This document shows, piece after piece, positions 49,467-64,000 of a stretch of DNA of 64,000 nucleotides. The notes under the pieces were generated by a model. It saw only the letters and a list, made by a program, of their open reading frames with translations. It did no database searches and was not told where the DNA came from. Source of the stretch: the human T2T-CHM13v2.0 reference genome, Homo sapiens. The translations under genes and the position numbers were made by a program. Position 1 is the stretch's first letter. Every line of letters begins with the position of its first letter. The DNA is taken from NCBI RefSeq assembly GCF_009914755.1, contig NC_060939.1; one strand, given 5' to 3'.

Positions 49467-50563
49467 TAAGGTGACGTTTATGTTTGAACTTTGGCTGATG
49501 CAATCTAATTTACTAGGAAGTTCTAGGAAGAAATGTTAAATATAAACTGTTTCTCAAAAGGATGCTGTGGAATCTTTTCACAAGGAGTGTATGAAAGAAT
49601 AGGCAAAAGGAAAGGACGCATACTTAACATGGAACATGAAAACCTCCTTGAGTTTGCCACAGTATACTCTCCCTGCTTTTTAAGTCAAAGACACCATTCT
49701 ATCAGTACTTAACACGGATCTTTAAATCCCAGACCTAATAATGCTTCCCAGCTACAGCTGGATGCATCTGACAAGCAGCATGTAGTAGGAAACCTCACAG
49801 GGGATAAGGTTCCTAACAGTCAACTAAGGGTTCAAATCCCAAAAGAGATGCCCCTGGAGTGCAGAGCACTTAACCCTTCGACCAGTACCAACATGACTAT
49901 TCACAAATTATTGATGCTGCTAAATCCCTGGCAGATTGCAGACAGTTCTTGTATCCATTGAAGCTGAAGCATATGGCCACTAATGAGATAGATTTTTAAA
50001 AAATACATATACACATTCAGTCTTTGCTACATGAATGTAAATCCACTGAAATGCTAGAAGGTGATTGAACTGGATGGAACACTGTTAAATACATGTTACG
50101 GATCATTTCCATTGACATCTATCTGCATCCTCAGTACAGTTTAATTAAAGCTGTCTGGAACACGTCTGCCCTCTAAATGATCAGCAGTGCAATGAAAAGG
50201 TGACATCTGAGGAGGCTTGAGGCCTTTTCTGTAAAGCATTCAAATGACTGTCTCTGTGGTTGAGAAGAGCAGCAGAGAAGAAATTCATTTTCAAAATTAG
50301 CCAGCCATTTTACATTTTTTTTTTTTTTTTGCAAAAAAAGGCAAAGCTTCTTCTGATGTCATCTTGAAATACTAGCAGCTGAGTTAGTTAGTTATAGCAG
50401 ATCTTAAGAACTCAAACTGGACCATGTTCTGGTCCCAAATAAACATGTTTTTTTGGCTTGAAAACAGTAAATACTGTAGCAAACTTTCTTATTAGTATTT
50501 TATTTTGCAAAACAAAACCCCCAAATTGAACAATTTTGCATAAAATAATCCCTTAAGACAATT

Positions 50564-50582
50564 TTGCGACTAGATGGCAGGA
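50564..50582 (+). promoter_or_regulatory. Candidate CTCF site
   Basis: TTGCGACTAGATGGCAGGA versus core CCACTAGATGGCAG; one mismatch. Confidence 0.35.
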
Positions 50583-52204
50583 ACATCATCTGTTAGATAT
50601 TTTCAAACAATTAAAATGTTTATTGAATCTCTGATGTTTCCAGCACTTGTTATCAGGGGAAAAAGAATAAAATATGGATCTAGGGCATAAGAAATGTGAG
50701 ACATGAAAGACTGGATTTTAGATTTATTAATTTATATTTATTTTCTGTGGCATTTTCCTTTATTATGATCTTATTTAACTATATGTAGATCATATTTGTT
50801 CTTTAATTCCAGAATTAATGGTACTTTATAAAAGTATCAAAAAGACTGTCATATTTAAATATTTTTTTCATTGGCTTTTCCACACAAATCCATCAGTTAT
50901 GGTGTAGGCTTTTTCTTTTCATTTCATATTTGATATCTACTTCATATAGGACACTGAATTATACTGTGTGCCTAACAGCCACTACCTGCCACCGCAAAAC
51001 AAAAATAGTCTCTCCCTGTCTATTATAACATGTTCATCCAGGATGGGAAAAACTTAAGAGTATCACTAACCCAAAAAAGCATCCCTAAATTCACTCCATT
51101 CAGGAGTACAGATGATTTTAGCCCTGATGTCTCATAGAAATTAGTCAGACCTAAAAGATATTATATTGAAGCAAATAAGCAATATTTATTGAGTGCTTTG
51201 TGTGCATTGGCACTGTGGTGGGAACTGTGGGGAATAGGATTCAAGTACAAGCTTCCTCAATGAACTTACAAACTGGGAAAACAGACACATTGAAAGTCAC
51301 CAAGGAATGATAGGGTCAGGTGAGTAAAAACTGGAGTGATGCTGAAAGGCATTTTGAGGAAGATGAAGCTTGAGCTGGGCTTTGAAGAATGAGGCCAGAG
51401 GTCCAGGCCAGAAATACCATAACAGGCACATAGGGGCTGAAGGGCCAGGTACAAAATTGCCCAGCCTGGAGTGGATACTTTGTGTTGAGAACAGCTGGGA
51501 TCTAATCAGAACAGAAACTACTTGAGTTTATTTTAAATAGAAGGAATTTAATACAGGGAATTTACTTTAAAGGTGATCAAAGCCTGGGATGATGAACAGG
51601 AGACAGTATAGCAATTTAGAGATGAGCAACTTCAGGAAGCTGTCAGCAATGCTTTGGTTGGAATGACAAGGGAGAATACAGAGTTTCTGGAGCTCAGAAA
51701 CCAGGGTCACTCAGAGGATGATGGAACTAGAGAAGGCTTAACCAGTTGGATCTGGAGCACAGGAGGTATAAAAATGCAATCATTTCCAGAGATCTGCATG
51801 AAGCAGAGAGAAGGAGAAATAACTTGACTTCTGCCACCCCCTAATCTCCCACCAATGTCTCCTATTTGCCAGGCCCAGTCTGAAGTTGACAAGGAGCCTA
51901 GGAAAAACATCCTGCAGGGGTCAGCTTCCCTGTGATACAGAACAGAGTAGGGGAAGGCGAGGACTATGTAAGACAAACAGACTAATGATTAACAAACAGA
52001 GACTAATGCAAAATTAGGTAAGATTATTATAGTAGGACCCTTTTATATAATGAGTTATGAATGTCAGGGAGAGGAATTTAAACCAAATAGGCTAGAGGAA
52101 GCCATCTTAGGTTTTTGAGAAGGGGGAAGATAGAATGAAATTGAGATTTTGGGAATATATGGCCAGAGTATGAAAAAAGATTTGAGGCAGGGTGACCAGT
52201 TAGG

Positions 52205-52700
52205 AGGTAGTAACAGATTAAAGATGGCCACAAGCTCCTTGAAATTCCTCCCCTTGAAAGGTGGGGTGTATTTCCTTTCCCCATGAATCTCAGATGGTCC
52301 ATGGAAGAAGTGACACTGTGCCAGCAGGCTTTAAGAGGACTGGGAGATTCCATTTTGGTATCTTGGAGTCCTGAATTGCCATATGAGAAGTCTAACCATC
52401 CTGCAGAAAAAGATCATCTGGAGAAGCCCAGAGAATATGGGGCAGGCAAAAGGGCTCAGGTGAATCCAGTTGTCCAGCTGTTGCTCACCAAGGCACCAGA
52501 CATGTGAGTAAAGCTGCCTTAAACCCTCAAGACAGGCCCAGCTACCAGATGAATTCCAATGACTGACTGTTGTTAATGAATCATTCAGCTGAGCCTTGCC
52601 CAAATTTCTCATCCAAAAAATGATGAGTTATAATACAACGGTTGTTGTTTAAATTCACTAAGTTTTGGGGTATTCTATTATGCGGCAGCATATAACTAGA
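52205..52700 (+). mobile_element. ERVL-MaLR LTR (MLT1G/H-like)
   Basis: attaaagatggccacaa...cccttgaaaggtgggg start; cagctgagccttgcccaaatt; gttgttgtttaa..cactaagttttgggg end. Confidence 0.65.
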
Positions 52701-52816
52701 GTGGAGGCCACGCAGTAATATGAACATATCATGATAAATCCCCCAAATTAAAGTTGTAGTAGGAATGGAGAAGAGGCACATTTTTTGGAAGAGATCCTGA
52801 GTTTTTTTGTTTATAA

Positions 52817-53037
52817 TGGGTCGACAATTTTTTTTTTCTGAAGATGGTCACGTAGCAAATATTTTTGACTTTGTGAGCCAACATATCTTTGTTGCTACTA
52901 CTCGACTCTGTCGTAAGGCAAAAGAAGCCACAGACAATATGTAAATGAATATGTGTAGCTGAGTTTCAGTAAAACCTTATTTACAAAAACAGGTGGCTGA
53001 CTAGCATTGGCTGTGGGACATACATTGCTGACCTCTG
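52817..53037. mobile_element. hAT-Charlie MITE (MER58A-like)
   Basis: Degenerate TIRs gggtcgacaa / ttgctgacctctg. 8-bp direct repeat GTTTATAA at 52809-52816 and 53038-53045, the TSD length typical of hAT elements. Confidence 0.75.
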
Positions 53038-54648
53038 GTTTATAAGGTTTGAAGTAGGGAGGAAAATTCAACTGGAGATATGTTACATCTAGATAACACA
53101 CAGGAATGGAGCTTTGTGACGTGTCAGGGCTGTAGTATAGATTGAAGAATAGCTAAATATTCTGGAAGAGGGACTACAACATTGGTGTTATATCTTTTTA
53201 AGGTTGCTTCTGCTTTGTTGTTTCTTTTAAGTGACATTAGGATAGTTAGTAAACACACTAGCGGGCTCAGGAATTACTTTAATCTATAAGATGGTTCCAC
53301 TGAGCCAGGGAACTTATAACATGGAGACAATCAGAGAACAACATTAAACAGACTTTCAGTTACATCTAGGTCTGCTCTCAATGGTTTTCAGATTTGTACA
53401 ATTTCAACCCAATATATTTTATGAGTAAAGTGCACTGTTCTAGAACTATTTTTTTCCCTGTGTGTGGCTAATACCATTCTAATTTTTAATTTATATCACA
53501 TTCATGATTTATTTGAACAATTATGAGTTTGGCAATATTTCTTGCTCATACTTGAAGAGCATCTACAATATCAATCCCAAAGTATTTATATCCTAAACTA
53601 TCCTGAGAAGTCAATGGTTATTTTCCATAAATTTATGATATATTGAAGGCATTTTGTCATGCTATTTACTGTTATGTCATGGGAAAAAAGCATGACCTTT
53701 GAAGAAATAAAACAAGCAGTTTTTTTAGTTCTCCTGCATATCTGTTAAGCTTATGGATATTTAGGCTTTATAAAACTTCTATCAGGCAGCTAAACAATTT
53801 AGACTCACACAGCATGTAAATTCTATCAAACAAGGGCTCTTTACCCTTTCACCTATTGCCCTACATGTGCTTGGCACAGTGGTACAACTATTCAGAACAA
53901 ACACTAATAGTCTGCTTAAAATCTTAAATACAAGTAATGCAGGCATGCTAGAGGATTCTAGTGAATATTGAAAGGGGTTTTTACCCATTTAAGGCAGAGA
54001 ATGGCTTGAACAGTTCTGTTTGGAGCCAGAAAAAGAGCAACCTGGTTCAGAGGTGAAGGCTTCTTATAGTTCCTGTATTTGATAAAATACAGGCGTTGTA
54101 GCATTCCCTCATAGACCTGTGACCTCAAGCCCTGGCCTTTAGACTTTTTCCCTCCTTGAGAGTGAAATGATTAGTGAGGTCCTTCTATTAGATATGTTAG
54201 CAGTTTCTGCAAAAAAGAGGATTTTAATAATACTAAATTGCAAAGAATTATGAGGCAGGGCTTACTCCTGGATACTAAGACAAACCCAGTTGAAGCTGAC
54301 TACATAAGCTCCTATGCAGGGCCATCTGTTTAGTTCTAATAGTATTTTCTTTCTTTTTCTTTTTTTTTAAAAAAAATCTTTGTAGCTTGGTTTCAAACCC
54401 TGTCTGGGACACCTGCTCAATGTGAAATGAGATTGGTGAGTCTCAGTCCATTTGTGGCTGGCTGAAATTTTCCATCTTCCATTCCAGAAAAATGGTCCAT
54501 AAGGAAATTAAGTGAAAAGAGTTAGACGTCGTCACACATGGATTCACATGTAGGTGTACTGAAGGCCTAGAGAATCTTCCTGTGTGAAAAGTACAATATA
54601 AATTCAACACTGGTTCATTGGTTCATCCACTTCTCCTCTCAGCAGCTC

Positions 54649-54906
54649 TCTAACACCTGAGGTCTCTGATACCCTGAAGAGGATGCAACTTTAGGGACAT
54701 CTTTTTACTATTCTAAGCCACTGCATAATTTGAACTGAGATTGTAACATGGTTTGAAATTGGCTGTATTTGCTGCTTCTAACACCTGAGGTCTCTGATAC
54801 CCTGAAGAGGATGCAACTTTAGGGACATCTTTTTACTATTCTAAGCCACTGCATAATTTGAACTGAGATTGTAACATGGTTTGAAATTGGCTGTATTTGC
54901 TGCTTC
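54649..54906. repeat. Perfect 128-bp tandem duplication
   Basis: taacacctgagg...tttgctgcttc starts at 54651 and again at 54779, identical by eye, with 2-bp TC microhomology. Confidence 0.95.
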
Positions 54907-56344
54907 ATTTAAACAGGAATGGCGTATGAAAATAGTATAAGAGGTACATGTTCTGTGCTTTTCTATATTATGTAAATAGAGATTTAAAGTCTCTCTAAAT
55001 AATAATTAAAGAATATTCATAGTTTAAGAGGAAACAGATTAGATGCCTTCAGACCATATATTACCCAAGAGAGAAGGTGGACGACCATAATTTATTATAA
55101 CCCAAGGCAATATTACCCTAAAGTGGTATGAATTTTGATTTCAAAAGTCAATAGGGTCTTTTCCGTATAAATTTAAAGTCACCAAAAATTTCCATGAATT
55201 TACTAAATACACAATTAGTTTCTTGTTACAGATAATTTCTATTGATCCAAATCTGGTTTGTCAGCATGGATTAATCACAATCGTCCGGGATTGAGATCTC
55301 TATGGCTCAAGGGATCAGTTTCTGGGCTAGGAGCCTCTCACCCCCAGGTCACTGTTTCCAATGCATAAAGGAGTTTTGAAAGGCCTATTTGACAGCTGGT
55401 GTGAAACCAACCAGCACTTTCAACTAAGTCTCCTGCATAGATTCATTGTCCCTTATATTAAAAGACATTAGCACCTACTGTCTGAGGGTATATGTAAGGT
55501 GAAAAATTATTGCATTGTCACCAATCTTATTATTCATAGCTATGCCCATATTTATAATCTCCTATGGTAAGCAATAGCAGTTGCTATCTTCAAGGCCTGC
55601 CGTATCTAGTTATAAAATATTTATCTCTGCATGACATTTTCCTGCAGTTGAAACCAGCTGATCTCTGATAGACCAAGCTATTGTATATTCTTTCTTTTCT
55701 AGAATAAACTGTAGAAATATTTATTTTCTAGACAATATATGTGTGTGCAACTCCTTTCTTTGTTTGCCTTTCAGGTCTTCCCTAAAGTGTAGGTTATAAG
55801 GTTCTAATCTTTTATCACTACATAAAAACTTCAGGCCCAGGTCTTTGCCAGGCTTCCCTAAAGAAAATACTGTCCCTGGCAGTTCCTGGGTTAGATGATT
55901 GTCCTTCACTTGCTCAGTCTTTAGGAGGCTTTTAACCCCACCTGGGCATCCATAATGATCTATTGGGTAGATCTATGGGGCAGATCAGGGTATTACATAT
56001 GCCCTGCTCTGTGGCCACATATTTCATCACTCTAGGTCAAAGAAACCCTCTGAAGATTCTCTTCCCTTCAGCCTTCAACCTGTAAAAGCCCTTAGTAGCC
56101 TTGTTTATTCAAGGTGAGTCAGGCAACCTGGTTTTCAAGAGTTTTCTAGTTCCAGCCCCATAGATTTTTGTTGTCAAGGACCAAACAACCTGTTCTTTTC
56201 CTGTCTTTGTAGAATAATGAATAGGCTTTTACTATAATGATATTAGCCATTCTCCTAGTTAGGAAAGAAAAAAAACCCGGTTACCCTGAATTAAAGAAAG
56301 GAGGTTCTAGCCATGTTGGATCATGTATTAAGTTTTGCTACCTT

Positions 56345-56637
<293 letters not shown>

Positions 56638-56788
56638 GTTTTGCTACGTTTTCTTTACTAAGGTATTTTAAACATATGGTTCTTCTATGAAACTGTACAT
56701 CTAGGAAGCTCAACTTAGTGACTTGTGCCTATAGTGACTGTTGTACTGTGAATGCAAGTTCATGATTCTTATTCATACAAAGCATGAA

Positions 56789-57335
<547 letters not shown>

Positions 57336-60300
57336 AAAGAATGAAAAGCATGTAGTGTTTTCTGATCTATTCTCAGTGGGGGGTCATGGTGATCTTTGGA
57401 TGTTGTGTAGAAGACAGTATAGTTCTTGACTACTGGGCCATGTCCATACAATGAAGCCAGCTTGGCAGAATGTCTCAGTGATAGAGGTCATGCCCACAGG
57501 AATTGGTGGCTTTGGTACTAGTTATCCATACATCTGTGGCTACTTAATTTCAAGTATCTTTGCTGTGGGATCAGAAAGGAAGGTGTGGGGGATCTAATTA
57601 AACCAAGAAATTTGCCTTCCTGGATTCCAGATGTCAGGGAAGTAGCCCAAGATAATTATCTTCCAATTCCAAATTGTTGACCCAAATTGCTCCAAACTGA
57701 CTTGAGTGCTCCTGGCCATAAAGCTAGAGGTGTGGGAAGAAGGAGGAAGCTCCTTTGGTTTCAGGTAAATGAGTGGAGTTGACCTAGCTAAGTGGCTTCC
57801 TTCTCAGTCCAGGGAGCGGGAGGCAGACAGTTACATTCATAGAATGTCTTAGCTGAGGACAAAGAGCTGCTGGATTCACCCTTAGGGGATTTACTGTTGT
57901 CCTAGAGAAGGCCATCACTAAGTAAAAACACTGAATTCTTTGGAATTTAAATTTTTCCAGTGTCCTCATAGCACCTTGTATACATTTCAATTACATCATC
58001 ATAGTGAACTTCAATCATTCACCGGTTTTCCTTCCCAATGAATAATAAAGGCAGTGACTATAAATTATTTATCTTTACAGAACAAGGATAGAATCTGATA
58101 TATTACCTGCACTCAAGAAATGTGTGACAAATGAATGCATGGGAGAATCCAGAGAGGAACATGACATGTTCCATACTTCTTTCTTATCCTATTCTTTCCT
58201 TTTGGTGATGGTGACTTAGAGATGGAATCATTACATTATCAGTGTAGTAGAGTTGGTAAGCCCTCAAGTGCCCTGTGCTTAATTTGAATTCTGATTTTTA
58301 ATACTTTTTAGTTATGTGATTTTGAACAAGAATTAAATCTCTTCATCTGTAAAATCAGAATAATGCTTATTTTATTTGGATGTTGCGAGGATTAAATAAC
58401 ATACAGTTCTTGACACCTATAAGTTACATTATTAGTAATATCACTGCCATCAAAGTGAGAATATGTCCAGCTTGCTGCTGTTGAGCCTCGGTGAGAGGGA
58501 GAAATCATTTACAGCATCAAGTAAGAGTGCCTGATTTATTGTCTTGGATCATGCTAAAGAATGGACTAACCCCCAGTTATTGTGCATCCCCTGGGTGATT
58601 GGATTTACCACGTAGAAATACGTGTCTTCCCTATTCTAATTTCCTTTAGAGAAATAAAATCTGATTATTTAGTCAAGGAAATTCCTTCTTTCTTCTGGGT
58701 GGCCAAGGTGTGTGTGTGTAGGAGGGAGGTGGGTAGAGCCTGATATGAACCATGTTTCAGTGTCCAGCAATCCTGGGGGCACTGAGGAAGAGTGTGAGTG
58801 CATAAATATGGGATGCTGACATTCTGAGCAAGCCAGAGAATGCACCTAGATTCCCAGTGTGGGCTAGAAACACAAGGGAAAGGAGGCACTGATTAACAGA
58901 AAGTTCTTGAAGAAGTCTGACATTGGAAGGGTAGACTTTCCAATGGAGTGAATATGGAGGACGCCTGGAGAGGAGAAAACATCTTAGCCTAGAATCTTTG
59001 CACACAGTAGCAGAATGGTAGTCTGCTAAATAGTAGAGGTAATAAGTGCCCATAAAACCAATATAAGGTAAGAAAAAAATATTTCTAGAAACATTAGACG
59101 ATCTCTAGAGTCTAAATTTCCCTGGGTAAATGTAGTTATTTCATATTTACTAGGTTTCTTTTCATCAAAAAGAAACATTTACTTGAGTCTATATTACCTC
59201 TTTTTTACTTAGTTTATTTGCATTTATAACTCTTCTAAAATAAATTGGTAACCTGGAAACACACAGGTACCATTTTTTTTCTTGCCACCGGCCAGTTCTA
59301 AATTATCAATAAATAAAAGAACTTCTCATACCCAGACCTTGATTTGAAAGATACCCTGAAGATTTACAATATGCTAAACCAGGGAAAAACTTGGGAGTAA
59401 TCAGTACAATACATTTTGCTCTCCATCATAATCAGTTTTTCAGCCTCCATGTCGATAAAACTTTTTCTCCTTTTTCACAATGGTTTACAACTTAAATAAT
59501 TTAATACAACAGTTGTTATATTTTTATTGCAAGCTTATAAAACCGGTACTATAAGTCTTTTCTATGCAATATATTACCAAAAAGTGACAGTGGAGAAGGG
59601 GAACTGATGATTACTAAAACTGTAATTCAATCTTCAAGTTCTGAAGATGTCATAAAAATGTCTTCTGCTTTACTTGCATATGGCAGATACTATCAGGATG
59701 CCTCAAATGAACTCTCTCTGGATATTCAATCTCTCCTTAGGCATTATTTCCTATACAATAAAAAAGGGATTTCACAATGCAAATGCAACTGTGATTCAAG
59801 CCCAATAGTTCTTTTTGTCAAATAGGATTTTCTTTTATGAAGTTTCATCTTAGAATTAATTTTGATATCAATGCCTGTCAAGCTGTGGAAATTGAGCTGA
59901 ACCAAGTGAGCCTATTCCTCTTTGCGCTGACTTGTAGGAAGTGGTAATTAGAAAAAATGCAGAGATTTTGTACTGTGCTAAAGAAAATTTAACTCATCAT
60001 GCTACATATTGTCAATCTTGTCGAAAGTATAGAAGTGGTACATAGCAATATTCTATAAATGCCTATTTTATCATATATTTTTTAAATCCCCTCTTTACTA
60101 CTTTTCATCTTACATTAGTTGCATGAAAATTATTTTCTAATTCTGACCAATTGCTGCTATGATCTGAAAGGTCTGTGAAATTAAATAACAGATTCCGATA
60201 GTGTTTATGATTAACAATGTTCCACAAAGCTTAGGACACTAGCATGGAAGAAAACGTATTTCATTAGATAAAGAGGATGGCTAGTTATTTGTACATTCTT

Positions 60301-61667
60301 GCCAACTGTTCTCACTCAGTGGTCTCATCACATGTGTACTGACTTCAGTCTAAAACAAAGAGGCATCAAATTCCCCAAATCTCTTCTTTGAATGTCCAAC
60401 ATACAATTAATCTAATGATGTTGCAAATAAAATTAAAGAACTCTTATCTTTGTATTAACAGAGTCACTTTGCCTTCTGTATCAATGCTGTAAAGCAATAC
60501 TTTACAAAATCCTTTAAAAATCTTCCTAGGATGAGAATAAATTAGTTTTTATAGGGAGGTGGAGGAATCGAACTTTCATAATATGGCTGCCTGGAGAGCA
60601 ACACATACAGTTGGAAGGTAAAATTTTCCATTTATCCCCCAGCCTGAGAGAGTGCAGGTGGTGCTCTGTGGGTTTCTGCACTTTGTCTCCCAGCCAATGC
60701 AGCCCTGGCTGACTCCACAAGGGGTGAAAGGTCACAGACGCTATGTGAGTGGTGTGTAATTCTCACCACAACAGAGGCTGCTAATCACATAACATTAGGG
60801 TGAATTATGATAATTATAAAAAGCTGAACAGAGAGATTCAACAATAACAACAGCACGACCACAGCTGTGATGGTAGTGATGAAAAGGTGGTGCTTTCACG
60901 GCCCATGGTAATGGGTTTGATTGAGATTCTGGCAACCTTTGGTGAAAGACACTTTGCCCCTTGCAGGTTAGCTTTTTCTAAACCACCTCTATAATAAGTA
61001 GAGTAAAAATAACCCATTCAAACAGTTTCTAGTGTTGGAAGGAGCTCAAAACATTATCCTGTAGCATGCTGAAGTCCTATTCGTCTACAGAGTAAGAATT
61101 TATTTCAGAGTCACTGCTTTCCAGCAGGTCTCAACTTGTACAGCTGTTGGCTTCTGAGCCTTACATGAAATTTTAATTTTTCTGATCCCATTTTACTCTT
61201 CTACATATGTAACCCCCTGTAATGGATTTTATTTGCCCTAGGAAAATTTGGAGAACAATAAAGAAGAGCCTATTCTTAGGAGTTTTCAAATTCAGGAAAA
61301 ACTGATGGCAAATTTTGAAATAGGAAAAAGTCAGGCAATGGGTATGAAGTGCAATAAAGAAACTAACTGATAGAGTTAGTCCCTACTGATTAGATAGTTT
61401 GCTTTTCACATTTTGGGGGCAAAGAAAACATCATAGCCTTTTGTTGCTCACCAAGTTGAAATGCCTTGCAACATTAGTTGTTTTACTGAATCAAGAGAGG
61501 CAGAGATATTTAGAAGCCACGAATTGCAAGGGGAAGTTGGGCCACCATTACCCCCAAAGTTTAGCGCTAGGGCTGGCTTCTAAGTAGCACTTACTAACCG
61601 CACTCCTTGAATATACAGAAGATGCAGTATGTTTAAAATAAAAACACAGGGCTTCAGCCATATTTAT

Positions 61668-61904
61668 GTATTTATTTATTTGAGACACAGTCTCGCTCTG
61701 CCGCCCAGGTGTCACGATCTCGGCTCACTGCAACCTGTGCCTCCTGCGTTCAAGCGAGCACCTCCAGATAATTTTTGTATTTTTAGTAGAGATGGGGTTA
61801 CACCATTTTGGCCAGGCTGGTCTCGAACTCCTGACTTCAAATGATCCACCCACCTCAGCCTCCCAAAGTGCTGGGATTACAGGCGTGAGCCACCACACCC
61901 GGCC
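61668..61904 (-). mobile_element. Alu with internal deletions
   Basis: Right arm shortened (ttcaagcgagcacctccagataatttt), flanked by ccatatttat repeats. Confidence 0.85.
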
Positions 61905-64000
61905 ATATTTATAAGCTAATGGTAGCACACCAAATCTTACTAGGAAGTGAAAAAGTAGTCCTGGTTGACAGATAAATGAAATGATACATATACTCTATGC
62001 AAATAATGCCATAAAGCAAATAGTCTCATATGTTCTAGGTAAGGCATCTGGGTAGTTTTTAAAGACTTTTTTTCTTCTTAAAATATGATGATCCAATGTA
62101 GTGCTAATGAAGGTGGTAAAATCCACTACAAAATCTGAGTCATGAAGAAAAAGTTCAAAACTCTTTGACACAGTTCAGTAGAAGAGGCACCAAGTGCCTT
62201 TAAAATATCATGTTATCAAGCCCAGCTGCTATGAGGTTGGATAATTCCAAACCAGGGTCTAGGCAATTTATCCCAGTTGCATACTAGTAGCCCACCTATT
62301 CTGGCTGATTTGATATTAGCTTGGAAAGGCAGTTTTGGGCTAAATAGTGCTGGGGCTTACAGTAAGTTCATTTTAAACTTTCAGCTGACATGAAAACATT
62401 TATACTGAGAAGTTACATAACTACATAGGCAAATGGCTACTTAAATGCATGCATCTTTATTTGATTCCTGAACCACAAGAGGTAATGATGATGATAACCA
62501 TAATAATGACAAAAACTAACAGTATTTAATATCTACAGGCGTTGTATTAGGTGTATTGACTGCATTATCTCATTCTCACAACATCCAGAGGCCGCCTTTT
62601 GTTTTATTACGCCTATTTTACATATGAATAAATTGAGGCTGAGAGAAGTGAAAAAACTGGGCTTTCTGAATTGAGTGAAAATTTGGGCTCTACTGAGTAT
62701 CAGAAACATTCTGGGATAACAAATGGAATCATCCTGCTCTGCTGTGATTATTGGCTCTTAGCAGCAGTGCAGCTTTAGGAATCAATACAGTGCACGAGTT
62801 CTATAAATGTGCCTCTTAATAAGTTAATAAAACAGAGATATTCTCATTGCCTCTCCATCAAAGTTTCAGGGGAAAAATGAGAATATTAAATGCAGTAGGA
62901 TAGGGAAGATCTGCTCCATTTGCTCTGCAATGATAATCTTTTACAAAAGAGGATTTTTATTATTAATTCTTTGCCTTCTGGGGATATTATAATTTTCTAG
63001 AATGTAGAACTGCCTTAAGCACAGTAATTTGCTGAGCTAGACTGAATCTCAAAATGTTTCAAATGAGCTGATAAACAATTGCATAATTAGCCATTAGTAG
63101 ATCAAGTCTGTATGTTACTGATAGCCAGATAAACAAACCAATGGGTAGGCAAATTGTAGATATAGTTTTAAAAACTAAGAGCCTGTGTTTTATTTTTACA
63201 CGCTTTGTAACTTGTTCTTTAAAGAATTAAAAACCACATTTCATTTGCCCTTTAAAAAAAGAAATTTAGGAGATTATTCTATCAAATAAATCCTTAGAGA
63301 CTTAATCATTAAATACATACTGCCATGTATGAATAATGAAGGATTTGTGTGGTGAATGCAACTCATGCTCTAAAAATGACTAGATGGTGGGATTTTTCTT
63401 TTCAATTAAAACTGGCCTCAAATCTATTGCTTGCATGGGTAATGCTCTTTCATCCTCCTTTTGAGTTTTGGTTTAAGTCCAAAGTATGAAATACATTTGG
63501 CCTTGATTATGAAAATAAAAGGTTTTGCATGTTCAAATAAGAAAAGGAAAATACAGTCAGTTTTTAGGCTTAAACGCTCATACCTTATTCAAGTGGCTGG
63601 CATCCAGTCCAAAATGTATCCATGTTACAATTCAACCTCTCTTTCTTCTCATTTTTCAAGAACTTCTCACTGGATCATACAACACCTGGGCTGGAATTTG
63701 TCATGCAGAGTTACAAGCTAGGTGTAGGATTTTTGTTTATTTGTTTTAATATTAAAATCAACTCAGCAGTTTTGAGGACCCAATAAAGAAAAGAGGAAGA
63801 TTTAATTTAAACAAGGTTATACTTTATGTTCTGAACTCAGAGGTCACAAAGCCAGACAGATAAATGTACCAGCAGAAAGAAAAGCAGCAGCAATTTTCCT
63901 GAAGATTTACAAATTAGAGAATTCATATTTTATCTTAAATGGCTTAGGTGTCCTCCTGTTTGGGGGGCAGACCAGGTATAATTTCTTGAGATTCTTTGCA

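Overview
Human (primate) genomic DNA with no prokaryotic features. The intact NANOG retrogene NANOGP8 places it at chr15q14 (from recall). Bases 1-42,000 are dense in Alus; 43,000-64,000 are AT-rich and mostly unique sequence. The centrepiece is a nested retrotransposition at 26118-30775. A hexamer-less SVA has captured a leader exon and TPTE2-family phosphatase exons at its 5' end by splicing, and is bounded by its own TSD (AGAAAATGTA). Its SINE-R region was later interrupted by an antisense NANOG retrocopy (305 aa, H253, TSD GCAAGATGTGCTTTGTT), which carries the parental 3'UTR Alu. About 7 kb downstream lies a U2AF1 (isoform a) retrocopy with an uninterrupted 243-aa ORF that shares its endonuclease target site with an Alu. 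Smaller observations include a patchwork templated insertion inside an L1, a perfect 128-bp tandem duplication, re-used Alu target sites, a closely spaced inverted Alu pair and candidate CTCF sites. Almost all other ORFs in the track are Alu or SVA-VNTR artefacts. Parent-gene comparisons and repeat subfamily names come from memory and need alignment to confirm.
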